Positions 1-8,909 of a DNA stretch of 64,000 nt are shown here, piece after piece. The translations under genes and the position numbers were made by a program. Numbering within the stretch: the first letter of the stretch is position 1; every line of letters begins with the position of its first letter. This DNA is from an uncultured Pelagibacteraceae bacterium (GTDB lineage: Bacteria; Pseudomonadota; Alphaproteobacteria; Pelagibacterales; Pelagibacteraceae). The stretch spans positions 1,685 to 65,684 of the forward strand of contig CACMHW010000005.1 of the NCBI GenBank assembly GCA_902613545.1. The letters are read 5' to 3'. Under the pieces are notes generated by a model. That model made no database searches, was not told the origin of the DNA, and worked only from the letters and a program-made list of their open reading frames with translations.

Positions 1-141
1 AAAGCATTGATTGCTCACGATGAAAACTTAAAGAAGAGTCTTAAAAAAGACAAATTAACGACAAGAGATTCTAGAGTTGTAGAAAGAAAAAAATACGGTC
101 ATAGAAAAGCAAGAAGAAGCTTCCAATTTTCAAAAAGATAA
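1..141 (+). CDS. rpsI: 30S ribosomal protein S9, C-terminal part (truncated by window start)
   Basis: Frame 1 reads ...[26 protein letters not shown], the conserved S9 C-terminus. Confidence 0.97.
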   Translation, partial: KALIAHDENLKKSLKKDKLTTRDSRVVERKKYGHRKARRSFQFSKR

Positions 142-184
142 TCATTTAATTTTAATTATTTTTAAGACAATGATATAAATCATT

Positions 185-1222
185 ATGTCCATAAAACATA
201 AATTGAAGATAGCTGTAATTGGTGCAACTGGGTATACTGGTTTAGATTTAGTTTATATTCTATCTAAACATCCTAAAGTTAAGATCGTAAATTTGTGTGC
301 TACAAAAAATTTAAATAAAAAAATTTCTTTTTTTGATAAAAGAATTAAAAAAAAACTTCCCAAAACATCATCAATTAACAAAATTAATTGGGATGATTTA
401 GATTTGGTTTTTTTGTCATTACCTAACGGAGAAGCTCAAAAAATAATAAAAAAAACTTATTACAAATTTAAGAATTTAAAATATATTGATTTATCAGCTG
501 ATTTTAGAATTACTAACCCTAAGGAATATTATAAAACTTATAACATAAAACATAATGCAAAAGAATTAATTAAAGATTCAATATATTCAATAAGTGAATT
601 TAATAAATTTAATATTCAAAATTATAGAATTATCTCAAATCCAGGATGTTATCCTACATCGATACAATTAGCACTTAATCCATTATTAAAAAAAAAATTA
701 ATAAATATAAAAGATATTACAATTGACTCAAAATCTGGATATTCAGGTGCTGGCAAAGGTCTCAAGAACAAATTTAAGCATAAAAATCTTTTTAATTCTA
801 CGTTTGCTTACAATGTTAAAAATCATAGACATATGAGTGAAATAGACCAGGAGTTTTATAAGATTACAAAAAATAAAGTTAATTATACTTTTAACCCGCA
901 TTTGCTACCTACATTTAGAGGTATCTTGTCTTCTATATATGTAAATACTAAAGGAAAAATAAAAGCTGAAAAAATAAGAAATGAATTAAAAAGATTTTAT
1001 AAAAAGTCTAAATTTATAAAGATTTTAAAATTAAATTCTGAATTAGGATCCGGGGATGTCCTAAATACAAATAATTGTGAAATATCAATATGCGAAACTA
1101 GAGTAAAAAACAGACTAATTATTTTCTCTGCTATAGATAATTTAGTTAAGGGTGCATCTGGTCAAGCTGTGCAAAATATGAATTTACTTTATAAATTTTC
1201 TGAAACACTTGGTTTGAAATGA
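185..1222 (+). CDS. argC: N-acetyl-gamma-glutamyl-phosphate reductase
   Basis: GATGYTG Rossmann motif, DLSADFR, NPGCYPT active-site Cys, DNLVKGASGQAVQN. Confidence 0.97.
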   Translation: MSIKHKLKIAVIGATGYTGLDLVYILSKHPKVKIVNLCATKNLNKKISFFDKRIKKKLPKTSSINKINWDDLDLVFLSLPNGEAQKIIKKTYYKFKNLKYIDLSADFRITNPKEYYKTYNIKHNAKELIKDSIYSISEFNKFNIQNYRIISNPGCYPTSIQLALNPLLKKKLINIKDITIDSKSGYSGAGKGLKNKFKHKNLFNSTFAYNVKNHRHMSEIDQEFYKITKNKVNYTFNPHLLPTFRGILSSIYVNTKGKIKAEKIRNELKRFYKKSKFIKILKLNSELGSGDVLNTNNCEISICETRVKNRLIIFSAIDNLVKGASGQAVQNMNLLYKFSETLGLK

Positions 1223-1761
1223 AAGTTTTTATCATCTTATTCTTTTTTTTAATTTTATCAGGGTGTAACAAAACAAAGACAGTAATGATATGTGGTGATC
1301 ATGTTTGTATAAATAAACTAGAGGCTAAGCAATATTTTGAAGAAAACTTATCAATTGAGGTAAAAATACTTAATCAAGACCAAAATAAAGAAGAAGATCT
1401 TGTTCAACTTAATTTAGATAATAGCTTTGAAAATAAAAGGAAAATTAGTATTAAAAAGAAAGAAAATACAGAAAAAAGTATCAAAACTCTTTCAAAAAAT
1501 GAGATTAAAGATATCAAAAACAAAATAGCAAAAAAAAATAAAATTAATAGAACTAAAAAAAATAAATTGAGTGTTAAATCAGAAATCAAAATCGATAATA
1601 TTAATAAAAAGTCTTTTAAAGTTAATAAAAATATCTATGACGTTGTAGATGTTTGTACAATAATCGAAAAATGTAGTATTGAAGAAATATCTAAGTATTT
1701 GATAAATCAGGGAAAGAAACGAGATTATCCTGATATTACTTTAAAAGAGCAAAAATTATAA
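1219..1761 (+). CDS. Hypothetical lipoprotein, lysine-rich
   Basis: Hydrophobic N-terminus with lipobox ILSGC; ORF coupled to argC and hom. Confidence 0.7.
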   Translation: MKVFIILFFFLILSGCNKTKTVMICGDHVCINKLEAKQYFEENLSIEVKILNQDQNKEEDLVQLNLDNSFENKRKISIKKKENTEKSIKTLSKNEIKDIKNKIAKKNKINRTKKNKLSVKSEIKIDNINKKSFKVNKNIYDVVDVCTIIEKCSIEEISKYLINQGKKRDYPDITLKEQKL

Positions 1762-1762
1762 A

Positions 1763-3049
1763 ATGAAAAAATTAAATATCGCTATAATTGGTTTAGGCAA
1801 TATTGGAAGTTATTTGTTTAATTACCTTAACAAGAATAAAAAAATTTTATCTAAGAAAAATAACTGTATTCCAAATGTACTATTTGTATCTGCAAAAAGT
1901 AAAAAAAAGAAAAGAAAGATAAAAATTAAGAAGAAATTATGGTTAAGGAATTATTTAGACGCAACAAAAGATAAAAATGTAGATCTTATTATCGAACTAA
2001 TAGGAGGATCTGAAGGCGCAGCTAAAAAATTAGTTTTTAATGCATTGAAAAATAAAAAACATGTTGTAACTGCAAATAAAGCTCTTATAGCAAAATACGG
2101 TGATAAATTAGCTGAGATTGCAGAAAAAAATAAAGTTAATTTAGAATTTGAGGCTGCAGTATGTGGTGGAGTCCCAATAATTCGATCTATAAAGGAGGGT
2201 TTAATAGCAAATAAAATAAATAAAATTTTTGGAATATTTAATGGTACATCCAATTACATCCTTTCTTCAATGGATAAGCAAAATAAAGAGTTTGATGAAG
2301 TTCTTAATGATGCAAAAAATCTTGGTTATGCAGAGTCAAACCCGTCAGCAGATTTAAATGGAGACGATGTAGCAGCAAAGTTAAAAATACTTACATCTTT
2401 ATGCTTCAATTCATATTTGAATAATAATATTCATGTAGAAGGAATAAAAAATATAGATAAAATTGATATTAGTAATGCTAATAAACTTGGTTATAAAATT
2501 AAGTTACTTGGATACTCAGAACAAATAAATAATAAGATATATCAACGTGTACATCCTGCGCTAATTAAAAAAAGTTCTTATGTAGCTAGTATTGATGGAG
2601 TATTAAATGCAGTAATAGTCGATGGAAAGCCAGTTGGAAAAAATATTATACAAGGTGAGGGCGCTGGTCCAGCAGCAACAACTTCTGCTCTAGTATCTGA
2701 TATATCTTCTATTTTAAGGGGTAACATAAAATTTCCTTTTTCTATTTCTAATAAAGAAAGAAAGAGGCTAAAATTTGAAAATATTTCAAAAAGATCTTTT
2801 TCGGCATATCTAAGGTTTGAAGTTCTAGATAAATCTGGAGTACTTTCAAATATCACTAATATCTTTTCAAATAATAATGTTTCAATAAAAAGACTTATAC
2901 AGAACCCAAATAAGAATAAAGGCATTTCATCTATAATTATAATTACTCATAACTCTAAGGACGGTTCATTAAATAAAATTGTAAAAATAATTGGAAAAAA
3001 AATATACGTTAAAAAAAAACCTAAATTAATTAGAATTGATGATAATTAA
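1763..3049 (+). CDS. hom: Homoserine dehydrogenase with C-terminal ACT domain
   Basis: GLGNIG, VVTANKA, FEAAVCGGVPII, NGTSNYIL, GEGAGPAATTSA. Confidence 0.96.
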   Translation: MKKLNIAIIGLGNIGSYLFNYLNKNKKILSKKNNCIPNVLFVSAKSKKKKRKIKIKKKLWLRNYLDATKDKNVDLIIELIGGSEGAAKKLVFNALKNKKHVVTANKALIAKYGDKLAEIAEKNKVNLEFEAAVCGGVPIIRSIKEGLIANKINKIFGIFNGTSNYILSSMDKQNKEFDEVLNDAKNLGYAESNPSADLNGDDVAAKLKILTSLCFNSYLNNNIHVEGIKNIDKIDISNANKLGYKIKLLGYSEQINNKIYQRVHPALIKKSSYVASIDGVLNAVIVDGKPVGKNIIQGEGAGPAATTSALVSDISSILRGNIKFPFSISNKERKRLKFENISKRSFSAYLRFEVLDKSGVLSNITNIFSNNNVSIKRLIQNPNKNKGISSIIIITHNSKDGSLNKIVKIIGKKIYVKKKPKLIRIDDN

Positions 3050-3990
3050 TGTCAATTGATCCAAAATTTCTTAATCTATTTGTTAAAGCCACAGAAAAAG
3101 CAGCGATAGGCGCTTCAAAATTTATTGGTAAAAAAGATAAAATCGGCGCGGATAAAGGTGCGGTAGATCCAATGAGAAGAGAATTAAATAAAATTAATAT
3201 GGAAGGAACGATAGTAATTGGTGAAGGTGAGATGGATGAAGCACCAATGCTATATATTGGTGAAAGATTAGGAACTTTAAATGGGCCAAAATTCGATATT
3301 GCTGTGGATCCTTTAGAAGGAACTAAATTTACAGCTAATAATCAGCCTAACGCTTTTTCAGTAATTGCGGTCGCTAATAAGGGAGATTTACTCAAAGCAC
3401 CAGACACATATATGGAAAAAATTGCTATAGGAAATAATCTACCTGAAAACTTACTAGATTTAGATTTTGAAATTGAAAAAAATTTTAAATTATTGGCAGA
3501 TGCAAAAGGTAAAAAAGTTTCTGATTTAAATGCTTGCGTAATGAAAAGACCTAGACACGATCATATTATTAAAGAATTGAATAGGTTAAATGTAAAAATT
3601 AATTTTATTGCTGATGGAGATATTGCGGGAGTCCTAAGTGTAATTGGTTCAGATCCCAAAAATGATATTTATTACAGTACTGGTGGTGGTCCTGAAGGAG
3701 TTTTAGCGGCAGCAGCACTATCATGCTATGGTGGGCAAATACAAGGAAGACTAGTACTAGATGAAGATGAAAAAATAAGAGCAAAAAAATTAGGAATAAA
3801 AGATTTTAAAAAGAAATATAACATTAATGATATTATCAAAGGAGATGTAATTTTTTGTGCAACTGGAGTAACAGACGGTGATTTAGCTAAAGGGGTTAAG
3901 GACCTTGGAAATGAATATGAAGTTAATACATTTGCGCTCCATAAAGAAAAAAAGGTAAATAAAACTATTACAAATATTTATAATAAATGA
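3049..3990 (+). CDS. glpX: Fructose-1,6-bisphosphatase class II
   Basis: IVIGEGEMDEAPMLYIGE, AVDPLEGT, APDTYMEK, GGGPEGVLAAAA. Confidence 0.96.
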   Translation: MSIDPKFLNLFVKATEKAAIGASKFIGKKDKIGADKGAVDPMRRELNKINMEGTIVIGEGEMDEAPMLYIGERLGTLNGPKFDIAVDPLEGTKFTANNQPNAFSVIAVANKGDLLKAPDTYMEKIAIGNNLPENLLDLDFEIEKNFKLLADAKGKKVSDLNACVMKRPRHDHIIKELNRLNVKINFIADGDIAGVLSVIGSDPKNDIYYSTGGGPEGVLAAAALSCYGGQIQGRLVLDEDEKIRAKKLGIKDFKKKYNINDIIKGDVIFCATGVTDGDLAKGVKDLGNEYEVNTFALHKEKKVNKTITNIYNK

Positions 3991-5771
3991 GTTCAATTTC
4001 TGTAAGTAATATAAGTTGGATTTTAAAAAAGTATAATGAAAATCAATTATCATATTTTAAAGATAATTTTTCTTTAGATGAAATTACGTCAAAACTTCTT
4101 TCTATTAGAAATATAAAAAATGAGGAAGTTATTGGTTTTTTAAATCCATCAATTAAAAATTTTCTTCCTAATCCTGAAAATTTAATTGATATGAAAAAAT
4201 CATCTCTAAGAACGGTTGAAGCTATTAAAAATCACGAAAAAATAGGTATCTTCGGTGATTATGATGTTGATGGAGCTTCTGCAACAGCTTTGTTAGGAAA
4301 TTTTTTTTCTTCAATTAACATACCTTTTGAAATTTATATACCAGATAGAAGAAAGGAAGGATATGGACCAACAATTAATGCTTTTCAAAAACTTATAAGT
4401 AGTGGCGTAGGTTTAATTTATACAGTAGATTGCGGAACACTTTCTTTTGAACCGATTAAATACGCCAAATCAAAGAATATTGATGTAATTGTTCTTGATC
4501 ATCACCAATCTGAGATAAATCTTCCAAATGCTCATTCAATTATAAATCCTAACCGTTTAGATGATAAATCTAATTTAAATTATTTGTGTGCAGCTGGTGT
4601 AACTTTTATGTTTCTTGTTTCACTGAATAAGTATCTAAGACTTATAAATTGGTTTAAAGAAAAAAAAATTCAAGAACCTAATTTGATTGAATACTTGGAC
4701 CTAGTTTCTTTAGGCACAGTTTGTGATGTTGTTCCCTTAACAGGTTTAAATAGAGCTATAGTTAAACAAGGTTTAAAAGTTTTAAAATCTAAAAAAAATT
4801 TAGGTTTAAAAACTTTAATAGATATTTGTGGTATTAATACGCAGCTAAATATATATCATATGGGGTATGTATTAGGCCCTCGCATAAATGCAGGAGGCAG
4901 AGTAGGAAAATCTTCGCACGGAGCTAATTTATTACTAAACAACAATGCTAAAGAGGTTTTTAAGATAGCTTCTGAGTTAGATCAATTCAATAAAGAAAGG
5001 CAATATTTAGAAGAAGATGTTCTAAATAAAATTGCAATAGAAGCAAATAAAACACAATCTGACCCTGTAATAATTTTAAGTGGAAAAAACTGGCATGAAG
5101 GAGTAATTGGTATAGTAGCATCAAGATTAAAAGATAAATTTAATAAACCAGTTATTATAATAACAGTAGATAAAAACCTTGGTAAAGCCTCTGCTAGATC
5201 TGTAATAGGTTTTGATATTGGATCTATAATTATAGCAGCAATGCAAGAAAAAATTTTAATTAAGGGAGGAGGACACAAAATGGCTGGTGGATTTACAATC
5301 GATGTGAATAATATTGAAAAATTCAAAGATTTTGTGTTAAAAAAATTTAAAAACAAAGATAAAAATCATACAAAAAAAAAATCTTTGTACCTGGACAGCG
5401 TAATATCACCTGCAGCATTAAACATAGATTTTTTTAACAAAATCAATAAATTAGCACCATTTGGCTCGGGTAACCCTGAGCCTAAATTTGTGATTGAAAA
5501 TCTAAAGATATTGAACAATAAAGTAATTAAAAATAAGCATGTCAAATCGGTGCTTCTTGGCCAGGATGGTAGCACTATAAAAACTATGGCGTTTAATTCT
5601 GCTGGAAACGAAATTGGAGCATATTTGCTCAAAAAAGATAATAAATTATTTAATATAGCCGGAAAATTATCCCTAAATGAATGGAAGGGGCAATCAAATG
5701 TAGAGTTTATTATCGATGATATTTCTGTTAATAAGACACTCAAAAATACGGTCCCATCGTCTATCGGTTAG
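3987..5771 (+). CDS. recJ: Single-stranded-DNA-specific exonuclease RecJ
   Basis: GDYDVDG, TVDCG, LDHH, GPRINAGGR, GGGHKMAGG, PFGSGNPEP. Confidence 0.97.
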   Translation: MSSISVSNISWILKKYNENQLSYFKDNFSLDEITSKLLSIRNIKNEEVIGFLNPSIKNFLPNPENLIDMKKSSLRTVEAIKNHEKIGIFGDYDVDGASATALLGNFFSSINIPFEIYIPDRRKEGYGPTINAFQKLISSGVGLIYTVDCGTLSFEPIKYAKSKNIDVIVLDHHQSEINLPNAHSIINPNRLDDKSNLNYLCAAGVTFMFLVSLNKYLRLINWFKEKKIQEPNLIEYLDLVSLGTVCDVVPLTGLNRAIVKQGLKVLKSKKNLGLKTLIDICGINTQLNIYHMGYVLGPRINAGGRVGKSSHGANLLLNNNAKEVFKIASELDQFNKERQYLEEDVLNKIAIEANKTQSDPVIILSGKNWHEGVIGIVASRLKDKFNKPVIIITVDKNLGKASARSVIGFDIGSIIIAAMQEKILIKGGGHKMAGGFTIDVNNIEKFKDFVLKKFKNKDKNHTKKKSLYLDSVISPAALNIDFFNKINKLAPFGSGNPEPKFVIENLKILNNKVIKNKHVKSVLLGQDGSTIKTMAFNSAGNEIGAYLLKKDNKLFNIAGKLSLNEWKGQSNVEFIIDDISVNKTLKNTVPSSIG

Positions 5772-5824
5772 GACAGTTGGTTTTCATCCAACAAAGAGGG
5801 GTTCGATTCCCCTTGGGACCGCCA
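5750..5824 (+). tRNA. tRNA-Glu(TTC)
   Basis: Acceptor stem GGTCCCA/TGGGACC, anticodon arm GTTGG-TTTTCAT-CCAAC, T-loop GTTCGATTC, encoded CCA. Confidence 0.97.
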
Positions 5825-5865
5825 AAAAATCAAATAGACAGGTATTTCCAACAAATTAATCTTAA

Positions 5866-5878
5866 AATCAAAACGTTA
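5866..5878 (+). promoter_or_regulatory. Putative IHF-binding site between att core and arm repeats
   Basis: AATCAAAACGTTA matches the WATCAANNNNTTR consensus exactly; the motif is short and AT-rich. Confidence 0.5.
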
Positions 5879-5880
5879 AG

Positions 5881-5899
5881 TGTGATCAATTTGTGATCA
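5881..5899 (+). repeat. Arm-type tandem repeat TGTGATCA-ATT-TGTGATCA, left copy
   Basis: Identical 19-mer at 8292-8310. Confidence 0.85.
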
Positions 5900-5902
5900 A
5901 AT

Positions 5903-6349
5903 TTAAAGTTCTCTAATTATATGTTTCGGAAAATCATTTAAGTTTATTTTAAATTTTAATTTTCCATCACTTCCTTTAATGGCATAACTTTCTCTTTTTA
6001 ATCTAGAGGCAGAAATCCATTCAACATCTTCATATTTATCATCTAGTATAGTTTTTAATGTTTTATTATTAATACAAACTATACCATCTTTGTTACAAAC
6101 CAATATTAAGAAAGACATTTTACAAAGGTCTGACATAATTTTAAATTCGTCTTGATGTTCTCTTTGAAATCCAAATCTCCAAGGACTTACAAGTTTCTTT
6201 GAATATTTTATGTATAGCCCAATTTTATCGTTAATTGTAAATGCATTATTTGAGGAACTTGGAAAAATATCTATTTTGACGGGTTTTCCTTTTCTAATTA
6301 GTTTATTTAAGACAACTCCGTTAAAAAACTCATAATCATTTATAGACAT
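5903..6349 (-). CDS. Hypothetical protein, possibly PD-(D/E)xK-like nuclease fold
   Basis: 148-aa ORF in islet; LYIKYS...W.F.F...FLILVC pattern recalls restriction-endonuclease-like families (fold is inference). Confidence 0.6.
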   Translation of the reverse strand: MSINDYEFFNGVVLNKLIRKGKPVKIDIFPSSSNNAFTINDKIGLYIKYSKKLVSPWRFGFQREHQDEFKIMSDLCKMSFLILVCNKDGIVCINNKTLKTILDDKYEDVEWISASRLKRESYAIKGSDGKLKFKINLNDFPKHIIREL

Positions 6350-6376
6350 AAAAAATAAAAATTATTATAATTAATT

Positions 6377-8287
6377 ATGCCTTTTAATCCAAGCGACTAT
6401 AATGAAGTAAATCTTAATAGGTATAAGGTTTTTCTTGATAGTTTAGATCATCCCACAGTTTCTATAGAGAAAACAGTAGACGACGCTGTAAGTAATATCA
6501 TTAAAAAAAATGCTAAATCATTTGTAATATACGGAGAACCTCAAAGTGGAAAAACGTCTATGATGATTGCATTAACATCAAAATTATTAGATGAAAATTT
6601 TCGATTTATTGTAATCTTAGTGCAAGATAATTTGGCTTTAGAGGAACAAAATAGAGAAAGATTTCAATTTTCAACTTTAAACCCCACACCTAAAAGATTA
6701 GAGGATATTTTGCCTAAAGATGTAAATATTGAAGATAGAGAAATTATAGTTTTTTGTAAAAAAAATAGTCAAAATCTTCTAAGATTAATTAAACGTACAG
6801 ACCATATTAAAAATAAAATTATAATTGATGATGAAGCAGATTATGCTTCACCTAATTCAAAAATAAATAGAATAGGTGAAAAAGGCGATGTAGAAAAAAC
6901 AAAAATTAATGAGAGAATTTATGATTTAATTGGAAAAGATGGAATATATATTGGAGTTACAGCTACTCCAGCACGGCTTGATCTAAATAATACTTTTGAA
7001 AATGAAAATCACAGATGGGTTTACTTCAAACCACATGCTGCATACAAAGGACAAGATTTTTTCTTTCCTATAGCATCAGATGGTGGGAAGTTTTCAATAA
7101 ATTATGATCTTGTTACTCTAAAAGATCAAGCTCATGACCCAGCTAAAGAGTTAAGAGACAGTATTTTTAGATTTATGGTTAATGCAACATTCTTAAATCT
7201 ATATAAAAATCAAAATATAATAAAAAACTATATAATGTTGATTCATACAAGTGTAAAAATGGAAAATCATGCCGGTGATAGAAGGGTAACAGAAGAAACA
7301 TTGTCTGAACTAGCGAAACGAAATAGTAAAAAAAGGATAAAATATTTAGAAAAAATTTTTGATTATGCTCTTAAAAAAACAAATAATGACAATAAAGCAA
7401 AAGAGATCACCCAATTTATAGCAAAAAATTCTGATAAGTACGCTATTGGAGTAATGAATAGTTCTAAACATAATAAAATCGATTTTGATTTAAAAAAATT
7501 TACAATAACACCGTCAGCACTATTTACAATTTCCATTGGTGGAAATACTATTTCTAGAGGCCTAACCTTTAATAATCTTATATCTATGTTTTTTACAAGA
7601 GGTGTAAAAACAATTATGCAGCAAGACACTTACATTCAAAGAGCAAGAATGTTTGGTCCAAGACCTGACATTGAGTCAGAAAATTTTGAATTAACTATTA
7701 CCGACACACTTTACCATCAATGGTTTAGTTGTTTTATGCTTCACAGATTGTCTTATTTATCAGCTATTAACAATCTACATCAGGTTTGGGTCGAGGGATC
7801 AAGAACAAGAGCTGTTGCGCCTAGTAGCGTCGATAAATCTAATGTTCGTATTGATAAAGGCGAAATCAGTTTTGAGAAAGTTAGATATAAACAACAACAA
7901 GAAATGAATGTAAGTGAATCTAAAAAACAAATCCTATTATCTTTGAGGGAAAAACTGGGAAATAATTTTATCCCAAAACATGTTATTGATTTTATTAATG
8001 CAATATCAGTTAATAAAGAAGACGATATAGCTATTCATAAAGATGGAAAAATTGAAAGATGGGCTGACGCTGACCATAAAGATATATCTAGAGCGAGGGG
8101 TATTTTTGGTAATTTTGATTATGAAAAATTTCCACTAGCTAAACATCACTTTAAAATTATCTATAATGAAAAAGGTTTTGCAAGAATGTTCTATAATTTT
8201 AGACATGGAAAAGTATCTTTTTTAAGGAACACAAGAAATAAGATTGATCCAATTGATCTGAATCAATTTGCTCAAATATCTCATTAG
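6377..8287 (+). CDS. Z1-domain SF2 helicase/ATPase-like protein (restriction/defence-associated)
   Basis: Walker A GEPQSGKT, Walker B IIDDEADYAS, GVTATP, MLIHTS, IGGNTISRGLTF, DTYIQRARMFG. Confidence 0.85.
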   Translation: MPFNPSDYNEVNLNRYKVFLDSLDHPTVSIEKTVDDAVSNIIKKNAKSFVIYGEPQSGKTSMMIALTSKLLDENFRFIVILVQDNLALEEQNRERFQFSTLNPTPKRLEDILPKDVNIEDREIIVFCKKNSQNLLRLIKRTDHIKNKIIIDDEADYASPNSKINRIGEKGDVEKTKINERIYDLIGKDGIYIGVTATPARLDLNNTFENENHRWVYFKPHAAYKGQDFFFPIASDGGKFSINYDLVTLKDQAHDPAKELRDSIFRFMVNATFLNLYKNQNIIKNYIMLIHTSVKMENHAGDRRVTEETLSELAKRNSKKRIKYLEKIFDYALKKTNNDNKAKEITQFIAKNSDKYAIGVMNSSKHNKIDFDLKKFTITPSALFTISIGGNTISRGLTFNNLISMFFTRGVKTIMQQDTYIQRARMFGPRPDIESENFELTITDTLYHQWFSCFMLHRLSYLSAINNLHQVWVEGSRTRAVAPSSVDKSNVRIDKGEISFEKVRYKQQQEMNVSESKKQILLSLREKLGNNFIPKHVIDFINAISVNKEDDIAIHKDGKIERWADADHKDISRARGIFGNFDYEKFPLAKHHFKIIYNEKGFARMFYNFRHGKVSFLRNTRNKIDPIDLNQFAQISH

Positions 8288-8291
8288 ATAC

Positions 8292-8310
8292 TGTGATCAA
8301 TTTGTGATCA
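8292..8310 (+). repeat. Arm-type tandem repeat TGTGATCA-ATT-TGTGATCA, right copy
   Basis: Identical to 5881-5899. Confidence 0.85.
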
Positions 8311-8393
8311 CTCTCTTGTTATTACGAATGAAACAAGTTAATAATGTTGGAAATATTAAGGTTCTGACTTAAGGTCTCGATCATTGAAGTTAA

Positions 8394-8421
8394 GTTCGAT
8401 TCCCCTTGGGACCGCCAAAAA
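8394..8421 (+). repeat. Copy 2 of tRNA-Glu 3' end (attR of islet 1, left boundary of islet 2)
   Basis: GTTCGATTCCCCTTGGGACCGCCAAAAA identical to 5801-5828. Confidence 0.95.
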
Positions 8422-8490
8422 CTTCAAAAACCTTTAATAAACTTAACTAGAAAACTATAAAATTTTCTTTTACTGTGTCACCAGCGTGTC

Positions 8491-8817
8491 ATGAAAGATT
8501 TAGTTTTATTAGCAATAAAAGATTACAAAAAAGATTTAGATATTAGAAAACTTGCAAGAGAAAAAGGGGTTAGAGACTTTCGTTTCTGGTTAGGTATGGC
8601 AGGTCCACGCGATCCACATCCTTTATCAGAATGTACAGATGCTTATTTAGAAGATTTGAAATTTATGTCTAAAGCAGTCAAAATAGATCCAAACTCAATA
8701 AAATTTGCATCGAAAAAATTACGTCAAAATAAAACTTTTGCTAAGTTATGTTTAAAAAAAGATAAAAAATTAGCCCAAAAGTTTATTTATAAAAAGATTT
8801 TGGACGAACTAAAATAA
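8491..8817 (+). CDS. Small protein with DUF4116-like repeat
   Basis: C-terminal EDLKFMSKAVKIDPNSIKFASKKLRQNKTFAKLCLKKD resembles the DUF4116 pattern. Confidence 0.6.
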   Translation: MKDLVLLAIKDYKKDLDIRKLAREKGVRDFRFWLGMAGPRDPHPLSECTDAYLEDLKFMSKAVKIDPNSIKFASKKLRQNKTFAKLCLKKDKKLAQKFIYKKILDELK

Positions 8818-8909
8818 ATTAGAAAAAAAAAGTTTAAACTGTTGTGTCCGTAGAGAGTCCGTTCTTGCTTATTTTCAAAAAATCATTTAGTAATAAGCTT
8901 TAATTTAAT

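Larger units (their letters stand above)
5825..8421. mobile_element. tRNA-Glu-integrated islet 1 (~2.6 kb, no integrase, two divergent genes)
   Basis: 28-bp direct repeat of the tRNA 3' end (5801-5828 = 8394-8421) and an internal 19-bp repeat at both cargo ends. Confidence 0.88.
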
